Positions 12,181 to 22,929 of a stretch of 64,000 nt of DNA are shown in pieces. How positions within the stretch are numbered: the first letter of the stretch is position 1; each line of letters begins with the position of its first letter. This stretch comes from Eledone cirrhosa (Eukaryota), in contig OZ024743.1 in the NCBI GenBank assembly GCA_964016885.1, forward strand, positions 75,392,001-75,456,000, in the 5' to 3' direction. The translations under genes and the position numbers were made by a program. Under the pieces are notes generated by a model that was given only the letters and a program-made list of their open reading frames with translations, had not been told where the DNA came from and did no database searches.

Positions 12181-12469
12181 GAAAAAAGTCATTTGCAATC
12201 ACATTTAAGGTCACTCTTTAAGATATAGAAGATAGGCATTACATTTTAATGATTTTAATTTAAAGAGAATCACGCTATACGATGCAACACAATAACACAC
12301 CACACCACACTAACCTACACTACACCAAACCAGATTATACCATACCTTGGTAAATTTATGATAGGTTTCCATGTTATAACTACACCAAACTAAACCATAC
12401 CAAACTACACCAAACCAAACCACACCATAACAAACTACACCATACTACATCACACCATGCTATTGAACT

Positions 12470-14040
12470 CAGTGTGAAAAATTTTCTTCATGCTTTTTTT
12501 GTCTTTTTTTGTGTGTGCTTACCACCCAATCTGACATTAAAAGTGTTCGCAATTAACTATTTTTTGCACATATTATCAATGAAGACTTTGAAACCTGTTG
12601 AAAATGACTAGCTTTGTAGAAAAAAGAGGGCGGAAAGTGGGTGGAAATACCATTCACAAAGTTTGTCATTTTTGATTGCAGTGAAAGTCATATTTGTTGT
12701 TAATATGGTAATGGAGGCACATGGCTTAGTGGTTAGAGCATTGGCCTTGCAATCGAAAGGTGGTGTGTTGTTTCCTTGAGCAAGACACTTTATTTCACAT
12801 TGCTCCAGTTTACTCAGCTGTAGAAATGAGATGATAGGGACTGGGGTCCCTATCATTCCACTGCAAAGTGATTGTGTAGGTGCCACGGCAAAAACCACCC
12901 AGCACTCACTGTAAATGAGGTTGGTGTTAGGAAGGGCATCCAGCTGTAGAAATCAAGCCAGAATCAGTTCCCGTCCCACCCTTGCAAGCAGGGAAAAGTG
13001 GACGTAAAATGATGATGATGGTAAAAGCATAGTCGGCTGTGAGCATGTTGGAGGTTGGAAAACCATACTATATCAAACTACACCATACTACATCACACCA
13101 TGCTATTAATCTCAGTGAGAACATTTTTCTTCCTGTTTTTTTTTTTTCTGTGTGTGTGTGTCCTTACCACCCAATCTGATATCAAAGGTACTCACAAATG
13201 ACTATTTTTTTACACATTATCAATGTATATAACATGGAAACCTATTATTTGCAATAGGTTCCCTTGTCATAACTACAACAATCCAAACCACACCACAACA
13301 AACTACACCATTCTACATCACACCATACTTTTGATCTCAGTGTGAAAAATTTTCTTCCTGTTTCTTTTTTTTTTTTGTGTGTGTTCTTACCACCCAATCT
13401 GACATCAAAGGTGCTGCAATTGACTATTTTTCGCACATATTATCAATAATTATGACATGGAAAACTGTCGAAAATGACTAGCTTTGTAGAAAAAAGAGGG
13501 AGGATGTGGGTGGAAATACCATTTACAAAGCTAGTCATTTTTTATTGCAGCGGAAGTCATATTTTTTGTTAATATGCTAACAGCATAGTCCACTGCGAGC
13601 ATCTTGGAAGTTGATAGCACATGCAAAAATGAAGGAAGAATTTTTTTTATAACATAAATCAAAGTGGAAATTTAAATCCTCACTTATAACAAAGCACACC
13701 ACAGCACATTAATCTACCCCAATCCACTCCATATACTTCACCATATAGTAAATTTATTACCGAACACCTACTCCTACAATTTACATCACACCAATGCTCG
13801 CAGTTGACTATTTTTTTCACATATTATGAATGAATATAACTTTGAAACCTATCGTCAATGATTAGCTTTGTAGAAAAATGAAGGCAGAAAGTGAGTGGAA
13901 AAACCATTCACCAAGCTAGTCATTTTTAATTGCAGTGGAAATCATATTTGTTGTTAATATGCTAAAAAAATAGTCAATTGCAAGCATTTTGGAGGTCGGA
14001 TTAGTTGATAGGACATAAAAAAACAAAGGAAAACAAATAT
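12470..14040. repeat. Three to four tandem diverged copies of a self-complementary module related to the 5701-6551 element
   Basis: Recurrent ttaccacccaatctgac...gactagctttgtagaaaaaagaggg...gtcatatttgttgttaatatg. Confidence 0.7.
12712..13020 (+). mobile_element. tRNA-derived SINE with RTE-derived 3' tail
   Basis: A-box TGGCTTAGTGG; tail ttggtgttaggaagggcatccagc...gtggacgtaaaatgatgatg shared with the RTE LINE; probable TSD ATGGTAA. Confidence 0.85.
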
Positions 14041-14150
14041 TGTCTATATGTTCCTGTGGAAAGTCGGGTCTTCTGTATTACTGTGTGACACCAGAGGTCA
14101 TGGTCGTGTGTCATTGCCCTTGAGAGGTGCAACTGGGAAAGGTCGGCTTA

Positions 14151-14721
14151 GAAATATTTACTTCTGCGTTCACAGATTGATTTTTTTTAGTTTCAGAAGA
14201 TCCCATTAAGGGTGAAAGCAGCCGATTCTTTGCTTAAACTTTAATCTGTTATTTTAATAAATATTTGCTCTGCGGTTCTTATATATTTGATATATATTTA
14301 TCCTTATCGAGCCATCTTTGGATGTTAGTCTTCAAATTTATTATTATTACTATTTGGCTCCCTTGATTGAGTACTCTATTGACTTATATTCATCATGCAG
14401 AAACAACATCTGAATATTTCTACAAAGAACATACCTGTACCAAGCAGGAAGAAATACCTAAAACTACATCTCCACGAACCAAAGTATCGCCTTCCTGTCT
14501 TCCATCAGTTGCAACGTTTTTCGAAATATTTACTTCTGCGTCCACAGATTGATTTTTTTTTTAGTTTCAGAAGATCCCATGAAGGATGAAAGCAGCCGAT
14601 TCTTTACTTAAACTTTAATCTGTTATTTTAATAAATATTTGCTCTACGGTTCTTATATATTTGATATATATTTATCCTTATCGAGCCCTCTTTGGATTTT
14701 AGTCTTCATATGTATTATTAT

Positions 14722-14727
<6 letters not shown>
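14151..14727 (+). mobile_element. ~200-bp direct repeats (starts 14151, 14523), each with a hammerhead-like motif; Penelope pLTR or retrozyme-like unit
   Basis: Near-identical copies; AGTTT-CAGAAGA-TCCC..GGGT-GAAA-GCA..TGC-TT-AAACT at 14189-14240 and 14563-14614; ends in (TA)n. Confidence 0.6.
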
Positions 14728-14773
<46 letters not shown>

Positions 14774-14790
14774 ATATTAGTTTATATATA

Positions 14791-17700
14791 TAATAAGACT
14801 TGTTCTAAATAGAACTACTGTGACAGTAATATCTGCATACGCACCTTAATCCGGACTGCCTGGCGCTATAAAAGACAGATTCTATGAGATACTACCTCCC
14901 AAATAACCGACAGTGACTATATAATTATTGCTGGCGACCTAAATGGTCACATTGGACAACATTGTGATGGCTATGATGGAATCCACGGAGGCTATGGGTT
15001 TGCTACTAGAAATGAGGAAGGCTCCAGAATCCTGGAATTCTGTGACGCAAATAACCTAACTATCTGTAACACTAACTTCAAAAAATGAGACAATCACTTG
15101 ATCACCTATAGATCAGGGGAACACACCAGCCAGGTAGATTATATCCTTACCAGAAGACGGGACAGTGTCTGTTGTAAACACTAAATCCCTCCTCCATGAA
15201 GAATGCACCTCCCAACATAGACTGATAATTCGCGACCTCATAGTCAGGACGAGACGTACTCGACAACAGAAGAGGACTATCCTCAGGAGAAAAATATGGA
15301 AGCTAAAGGACCCCACAACCAGTAATAAATTTAAAAGCATATTACTTGATGCTTTCGACAGTAAGGAAGAGCATTTAGAGTCGTACAATATAGAGGAACT
15401 GGGAATTCCTGAAAGCAAACCTGTTGATGGCTGCAGACGAAGTCTGTGGCTGGAGCAGGCCTATAGGCAGGAGGAGAGTAAGGTGGAGGAGTCAATTAAG
15501 GCCAAAAAGCAGGCTTGGAAAGTATGGCGGGATGGGGGAAGTAGAGAAGACTATCAAGTGGCCAGGAAGGAAGCGAGGAGACAAGTGTACTTTGCAAGAA
15601 GGGAAGCAGAGGAAAGAAAGTTCAAGCCTGTTCTACAACGCGAGGACCAAAAACGTGAGGTGTTCAGGATTGCTAGGCAATGTGTCAAGGAAAACCGTGA
15701 TATTGTCGGGGAGAAGTGTGTCCTTAATGATGATGGTGTACTTGCCATCACTGACGCTGATAAGAAGGTAGCTTGGAAGTGTCACTACGAAAGGCTACTA
15801 AATGAGGAGAATAAATGGGAGAAAGACAGTCTCCCCCACATCGATCCAATAGAGGGACCAGCAGTGTTAGTCGAAGGTAGTATAATAAATAAGGCAATCA
15901 AAGATATGAAGACGGGTAAGGGGGTTGGGCCTTCGGAAATAGTTGCTGAAATGCTGAAAGCATCTGGAACGGTGGGACACACCATGGTCACCCGGATAGT
16001 AAACCAAGTCATACAAGATGGGGTTGTTCCGAAGGACTGGCGTAGCAGCATCATCATTAACTGCTACAAGGGTAAAGAAGATGCCCTAGATAGGAGTAAC
16101 TATAGAGGCATTAAATTAATCGACCAGGTCATAAAGGTCACAGAAAAAGTAATAGCGCAACTAATCAGAGAGAGAATTGATCCAGATGAAATGCAGTTCG
16201 GGTTTGTGTCAGCTAAAAGTACCACAGACGCTCCTTTCATTGTACGACAACTACAGGAGAAGTACTTAGCTAAAAGTAAACCCCTATACTTAGCTTTTGT
16301 TGACTTGAAGAAAGACTTCGACAGAGTCCCCCGTTCCATTATCTGGTGGGCTCTTAGAAAACTAGGTGTTGATGAATGGCTTGTGAGAGCTATACAAGCC
16401 ATGTATAAAGAAACAGTCAGCAAGGTTAGAATTAACAACGAATATAGTGAAGAGTTTAGCGTAAAAGTTGGTGTTCATCAGGGCTCCGTTCTTAGCCCCC
16501 TACTATTTATTATTGCCCTTCAGGCTATAACAGTGGAGTTCAAAACCGGCTGCCCATGGGAACTCCTATACGCAGATGATCTAACACTCATAGCTGAATC
16601 AATGGCAAAACTAGAGAAGAAATTCCAAACATGGAAGCATGGCCTAGAATCAAAAGGCCTTAAAATTAACCTGTCTAAGACTAAAGTTCTAGTTTGTAGG
16701 AAGGAAAATAGGGCACCAGTCCCATCCGGGAAATGCCCATGCTCAGTGTGTAGGAAAGGAGTAGGTAGAAACTCCATTTTATGTCCTAAATGCAAAGTAT
16801 GGGTGCATAAAAGATGTAGTGGGATCATAGGTAAGCTAACTAAGAACATAGATTTTATATGTGGCCGGTGCTCTGGTGCAATAAGTAGCAGCAAGTGCCC
16901 ACAGAATACTAGCTCATTCCATTGCACAGATGGTTCTATAGAAATAGTGGACACCTTCCGTTACTTGGGTGACAAAATCAGCAGTGGTGGAGGGTGCTCT
17001 GAAAGTACAGTAGCTAGAGTCAGAACTGGATGGAAAAAGTTCAGAGAGCTTATACCACTATTAGCCGCTAAAGGGTTCTCTCTAAAAATGAAAGGCAGGC
17101 TGTATGATGCCTGCATACGAACAGCAATGTTACATGGCAGTGAGACCTGGGCATTGTGTGCAGAGGATCTACACAGACTGGAGAGGAACGAAGCTTGCAT
17201 GCTCCGCTGGATGTGTAATAGTAATATACGTGAACGGCAAAGCATAAACGAACTAAGGGAAAAATTAGAAATAAGAGGGATCAGATGTTGTTTACTCGAG
17301 AGAAGACTATGTTGGTATGGTCACGTGATGCGCATGAAAGACGACAGCTGTATAAAAAAGTGCAGGGCAATAAAAATAGATGGTAGCCACAGAGTAGGCA
17401 GACCCAGAAAAACCTGGGACGACTTGATAAATTCCGACCTCACACACTTACACCTCTCCAAGACAATGTCACTGGACTGAGATCTTTGGCGCTACACAGT
17501 AATACAGAAGACCCGCGTTACCTAAGTACAAAGTGAAACCTACTACAGTCAGTAGGCACCTCTAACAAAAATACACCCTCGTCCCACTACCCCCACCCCA
17601 TCCACACCACCCCTTTCAATGTAAAGTTATGTTGGCACCACAACATCCATTACGAAACAAATGAGGTCGTGTAGGTGTCACGACAAAAAAACACACAGTC

Positions 17701-17919
17701 CACGCTGTAATGTGGCTGTGTAGGTAACACGGTAAAAACCCCCCAGTCCACACTGTAAACGTGGTTGGTGTTAGGAAGGCCATCCAGCCGTAGAAAATCC
17801 GCCAGACAGTCCTATGCGAGCAAGACAACCACTCTTGCCTCAAGTGGGAAAACTCCCGTCCAAACCCATGCAAGCGTGGAAGATGGACGTTAAACGATGA
17901 TAATGATGATGATGATGAT
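14791..17919 (+). mobile_element. RTE-clade LINE, 5'-truncated (part of APE endonuclease, RT, 3' UTR, (ATG)n tail)
   Basis: GDLNGH and SQVDYIL endonuclease motifs, NYRGIKL, QFGF, AFVDL, GVHQGSVLSPLLF, LLYADDL, YLG. Confidence 0.97.
15165..17480 (+). pseudogene. RTE reverse transcriptase ORF (771 aa; upstream part disrupted, premature stop) with internal PHD-like finger
   Basis: RT motifs as above; CSVC...CPKCKVWVHKRC...CGRC. Confidence 0.9.
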
Positions 17920-18080
17920 ACATATGGAAAATCCTGGGGGCACTAAGACCAAACTTTCACATTGAGAGCTGGACCAATTCTCGAACAGGACATCACTGTG
18001 TGGTACCAAAGGTCCCGTCTTCCACATCTAGAATCAGGGGCAGCTATTGCAATAGCCTGGGGTTCAAAGGCCCTCAACTT
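17920..18080 (+). mobile_element. CR1-group LINE 3' ORF fragment
   Basis: IWKIL...RTGHHCVVPKVPS...YCNSLGFKGPQL, homologous to ORF 21005-21436. Confidence 0.75.
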
Positions 18081-18151
18081 GGTTTTCAAAATTTAAATTT
18101 GTGTTTCCTATTCATCAATGCTTCAAGCAAGCTATAAAACTCTGTTATATT

Positions 18152-18535
18152 TCATCATCATTTTATGTCAGTTCTTCTACGCTAGCATGGGTTGTCCTGT
18201 TGTGGGCAGTGTCTGGTCGGCTGACCTTTTCTTGCTCATACGGGAACTGATTCTGTCTTGATTTCTACAGCTGGATGCCCTTCCTAACACCAACCTCATT
18301 TACAGTGAGTGCTGGGTGTTTTTTTGTTTTTTTTGCCGTGGCACCTCCACGACCACTTTGCAGTGGAATGATAGGGACCCCAGTCCTATCATCTCATTTC
18401 TACAGCTGAGTAAACTGGAGCAATGTGAAATAAAGTGTCTTGTTCAAAGAAACAACACATCACCTGGTCCAAGAATTAAACTCACAACCTTTCAATTGCA
18501 AGCCCAATGCTCTAACCACTGAGCCATGTGCCTTC
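18152..18535 (-). mobile_element. tRNA-derived SINE with RTE tail (same family as 12712-13020)
   Basis: Reverse complement of head ggcacatggctcagtggttagagc, same core and tail. Confidence 0.85.
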
Positions 18536-18549
18536 TATTGTTGGCAATG

Positions 18550-19510
18550 TTAGGTCAGGTGACCATGTCTTGCTCATAAAGAACTGATTTTGGCTTGGTT
18601 TCTACAGCTGGATGTCCTTCATAATGCCAAGCTCATTTACAGTGAGTACTGGGTGTTTTTTGTTGTGATTCCTCCACGACTACTTTACAGTATTTTTTAC
18701 CGTGTCACCATCACGACCACTTTACAGTGTTTCGGCCTGTTCTCATGAAAGATATATTGGCGGGTGGGATGGAGTGGTGCATACTGTATGTATGTTTCAG
18801 CTTTGGCCTGGGCCCGTGGGAAGTTGGGGTTTCTGTATTACCTCATAATGCCAGAGATCTTGGTCCTGTGACATTGTCTTTCAGAGGTGCAATTGGACAA
18901 GGTCGGCTTTTATCACTTCATCTCAAGTCTTTCTGGGACTTTATGTAGCTGTCATCCTTCATACGAATCACATGTCCATACCAACATAATCTCCTCTCCT
19001 GCACACAACATTTGATTCCTCTTATGCCTAGTTTCTCTTTCAGTTTGTTTATGCTTTGCTGTTCGCGTATATTACTATTACACATCCATCGGAGCATACA
19101 AGCTTCATTCCTTTCTAATCTACGCAAGTCTTCTACACACAGCGCCCAGCTCTCACTACCATGCAACATTGCCGTTCATATGCACACATCATACAGTCTA
19201 CCTTTTATTCTGAGGGAAAAGCCTTTTGTATCCAGCTGTGGCAGTAGTTCCCTCAACTTCTTCCATCCCGTTCTTTCAGAACACCCCCCTCCACTGCTAA
19301 TTCGGTATTGTTTTTACCAAGTCCTCCCAGTCGTTGATGTCACTTGTTTTCAGTGATTGTTTGCTGCTTACTGTCCTGGTGCAACTGCTACATGTAAAGC
19401 CTACATTCTTAACTAAACTTCCTGAGATCCCACTACATCTCTTGTGTACCCATAGTTTGCATATGGGGCAGAGGATGGAGTTTCTACCTACACCTCTCCT
19501 ACATAATGAG
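18550..19510 (-). mobile_element. Older RTE subfamily 3' fragment
   Basis: CSLCRRGVGRNSILCPICKLWVHKRCSG; MLHGSESW...RRLCWYGHVIRM. Confidence 0.85.
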
Positions 19511-19554
19511 CACACACACACATATATATACACACACTCACATATACATATATA

Positions 19555-20531
19555 CTAGCCGAATTACCAGCGCCTTGCTGCGTTTCACACATTTTTTTTG
19601 TATGAAAATGATGATTGATTTTAAATCAGTGATATAATTTATGGAGAAAAATTCAATATTGCTCAATGTAAAATATAATGCATGAAAAATTGGAAAACAT
19701 CATTTTTTGTAATATATCAAATCAAAATTGCATTATTAAATCTTATTCTTATTTTGTTTCTTGTAAATAATTTTTTTCAAAATATCAATTGAAAACTTTT
19801 GTGAATAGGCATCATATCTTGTCATTTACCTATGGTTTAAGTTTCATATAAATCGAAAGGGAAAAGTTTTCAGTGGGTGTTTGTACCCCCGAGGAACCCT
19901 AATAGGGGGTTTAATCACCCTTAAGGTGTCTTATAGTATTGAAATTTTGTGAATAGGCATCATATCTTTTCATTTATCTATGGTTTAAATTTCATCTAAA
20001 TCGAACCAAAAAAATTTTCAGCGGGGATTTTGTGCACCCTGGTGAACCCTAATAGGGGGTTTAACCCCCATTAGGGTATTGTAATTTTATTGAAATTTGC
20101 TGAAATGATGTGAATAGGCATCATATCTTGTCGTTTACCTATGGTTTAAATTGCATATAAATCGAAGGGAAAACATTTTCAGCAGGGATTTGTGCCACCG
20201 GTGAACCCTAATAGGGGGTTTAACCCCCATTAGGGTATTTTAATTTTATTGAAATTTGCTGAAATGATGTGAATAGGCATCATATCTTGTCATTTACCTA
20301 TGGTTTAAATTTCATATAAATCGAAGGTAAAGTTTCAGCGGCGATTCTGTGCCCCTGATGAACCCTTTGATTAAAATGAAATATACTTATACAAGTACCC
20401 TGGGCAATGTAGTTTCAGAATATATATGGTTATGGGGGTCTATCTCCAAAACCATAGGAGGAGTTCGTAAAATCTTGTTCCATTTATTGGCCAAACTTTT
20501 CACTATAGGGTGTCTTAATATTATTGAAATT

Positions 20532-20535
<4 letters not shown>
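19555..20535 (-). mobile_element. Non-autonomous Helitron-like element with internal tandem subrepeats
   Basis: Minus-strand 3' end ...cagcaaggcgctggtaattcggCTAG|t with small hairpin; four copies of gtgaataggcatcatatctt...aaccctaatagggggt; 5' end uncertain. Confidence 0.6.
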
Positions 20536-20581
<46 letters not shown>

Positions 20582-20586
20582 CACAA

Positions 20587-20629
<43 letters not shown>

Positions 20630-20860
20630 AACACACACACATATATATATATATACATTCACAAACACACACACACATACACAAACACACACACATATTT
20701 ATATCTTTTAGCAGAGCATTTTAATATTGTCACTCAATAAAAACCCTTTGTTTGTTTGGAATAAATGTCAGTGTGTATGTGTTTGTCTACTTAGCATCAA
20801 TTTACTACCCTCCCCTACCACCAGAAAATGTATAAATACCACCATATTACATTGACAGTC

Positions 20861-20912
20861 GGCTTTTCTGATGATTTCCTCCGAATGAAACAGTTCTAGT
20901 CCTGTTGAAGCC
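20861..20912 (+). ncRNA. Type-I hammerhead ribozyme motif with canonical core
   Basis: GGCTTT(T)-CTGATGA-TTTC ctcc GAAT-GAAA-CAG ttctagtc CTG-TT-GAAGCC; GUU triplet; flanked by microsatellites. Confidence 0.7.
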
Positions 20913-20937
20913 ATTTCTATATTAAATATATATATAT

Positions 20938-21575
20938 ACTCTTTTAGCTGTTCCAGCCATCCGGCTGAGACCATGATTGGGTACTGCCCTTGTTGCTACA
21001 CATTCTATCTCCAGCCTGTGTTGGCTGGCCATTCATGTAAGAGGCAGTTCGTTGCTGCTGCCCTTAGGGTACCTTCGTACCGTGATGTGGGCTCATCCGG
21101 GATCCTGGATAACAGGGTGTCGAGAAGTTTCTTGAAAATATCCACGGCCACACCATGTAGATCTCTCAAATCCCTCGGCAGTTTGTTGAAGAGTTGAGGG
21201 CCTTTGAACCCCAGTCTATTGCAATATCTGCTTCTTGTACTAGATGTGGAAGACGGGACCTTTGTCACCACACAGTGACGTCCTGTTCGGGGGTTGGTCC
21301 CGCTCTCAATACCAAAGTTTGGCGCTAGTCCCTCCAGGATTTTCCATATGTATATCCCTGCGTATCTCTCCCGTCTTCGTTCCAAGGAGTAGAGTTTCAG
21401 TTCTTTTAGCCTCTCCCAGTAACTCATCTCCTTCATCGTGCAATCCTCTTGGTGTAGCTTCGTTGGATTGTCTCAAGTTCTGTGGTTAGTTTGATACTAT
21501 GGGGTGACCACAGCTGGGAGCAATAGTCCAGGCGGCTTAGGACAAATTGCCTTCATACTATCAACATGGTCTTCC
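20938..21575 (-). mobile_element. CR1-group LINE 3' fragment
   Basis: YWERLKELKLYSLERRRERY..IYIWKILEGL.PN...GPQLFNKLP...FKKLLD. Confidence 0.85.
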
Positions 21576-21726
21576 GGTCTCTTATATAGAAAACCTCAAT
21601 TAAAAAGTCAAGATTTATTTCGATTTAACAGCGCAGAAAGAATTCGCATCAGAATATTCCAACCTATCCAGCCTATATCAGCTGAATAAATATGTATATG
21701 GAGATATATATATATATACACCCACA

Positions 21727-21771
<45 letters not shown>

Positions 21772-21859
21772 CCACATGCATATATATATATATACACACA
21801 CACGCACGCACACACACACATATATATACACACACACATACATACATGCATGCATGCAT

Positions 21860-22895
21860 ACATGATGGCTGCCCCCTCGTTATCGAGTATAACCATTGCA
21901 CGATATACCATTATTAATAATTATTAATTAATTCTATCGTGCAATGCCTGTGCATGAAGATATTTTTTTAAATGAGGAAAGACTGTGCACTGAGCCAATC
22001 GCACTCTCTGGTTTTATATCGGAGTTATCCCAGTTTCCTGAGTTGCCTTCTCCTAGAAGAATGCCCTGACAAAGGCTAGGGGTCCTTCACTCCCAGTGGT
22101 TTAACCGCGCAATCGGGTGTCCAGCCCGATTATTTCTATGTCCCCACGCATGTACATATACATGCACCCATGTATATACACATCTACATATACATACATA
22201 TGTACATGTTTATATACATATTTACACACTTTTGGATGGCCGTTGACTCTTATGAGATCTTCCGCCCTTTGTCAGGTTTTGTTTTTTGTCCTGCAGGGTG
22301 TCCAAAATCACCCTCCTCACCAAGTAAACTTGGTGGGGTTGCCGGTTTAGTCGCCGACGACCCGACCATGCGAAAGGTTGTACTGGGTTACATGTTACCA
22401 ATAGCACTCAAGAGTGACCCGACATACATACATACATACATGGTGGCTGCCAACTCGTTTTCGAGTACGGCCACTACCTTATATCCATGTAGGAGAGCCC
22501 CTACCGATGCACTGAACAAGTGTGACTTTTTAGTCCAGCCAGCGACTTGAAAACTCTGGTACAAACACTACACTTGTGACAATTACTGACACATAGTGCT
22601 GGGCCCATGGTACCATGTGACGACAAGTGCAAAGAGATCTCCAGATATAAAGCAATGCCTGTGCCGTGAAGCTTTTATAGTGAGCAAAGGCACTGCACAA
22701 AGCCAGTCCCACTCTCTTAACCAAGATGATATTTACCAAAAAGAAGAACAAGTCAACATCATTGGATACCATCAGGGTTGCAGGTGTTATATTAGAGTTT
22801 TCCTTCTCCTAGAATTCTGCCTTGACAAAGGCTAAGGGGTCATCTCTCCCGGAGATTTTGGATGGCCATTGACTCTTAAGAGCTCCTTTGCCCTT
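21860..22895 (-). mobile_element. Cluster of short non-autonomous RTE(BovB-like)-derived elements separated by (CATA)n
   Basis: Shared ttctcctagaa...tgacaaaggctaggggt and ttttggatggccRttgactctt segments; 22208-22424 is the reverse complement of 57311-57500. Confidence 0.6.
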
Positions 22896-22929
22896 TGATA
22901 CATACATACATACATACATACATACATGC

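Noticed and set aside
12712-12770. tRNA gene
   Set aside because: tRNA-like SINE head lacking a full cloverleaf; same for 18480-18535, 31200-31280 and 43100-43166
15165-17480. Intact active LINE
   Set aside because: 5'-truncated, with a stop and frameshifts in the endonuclease region and a premature stop near the C-terminus
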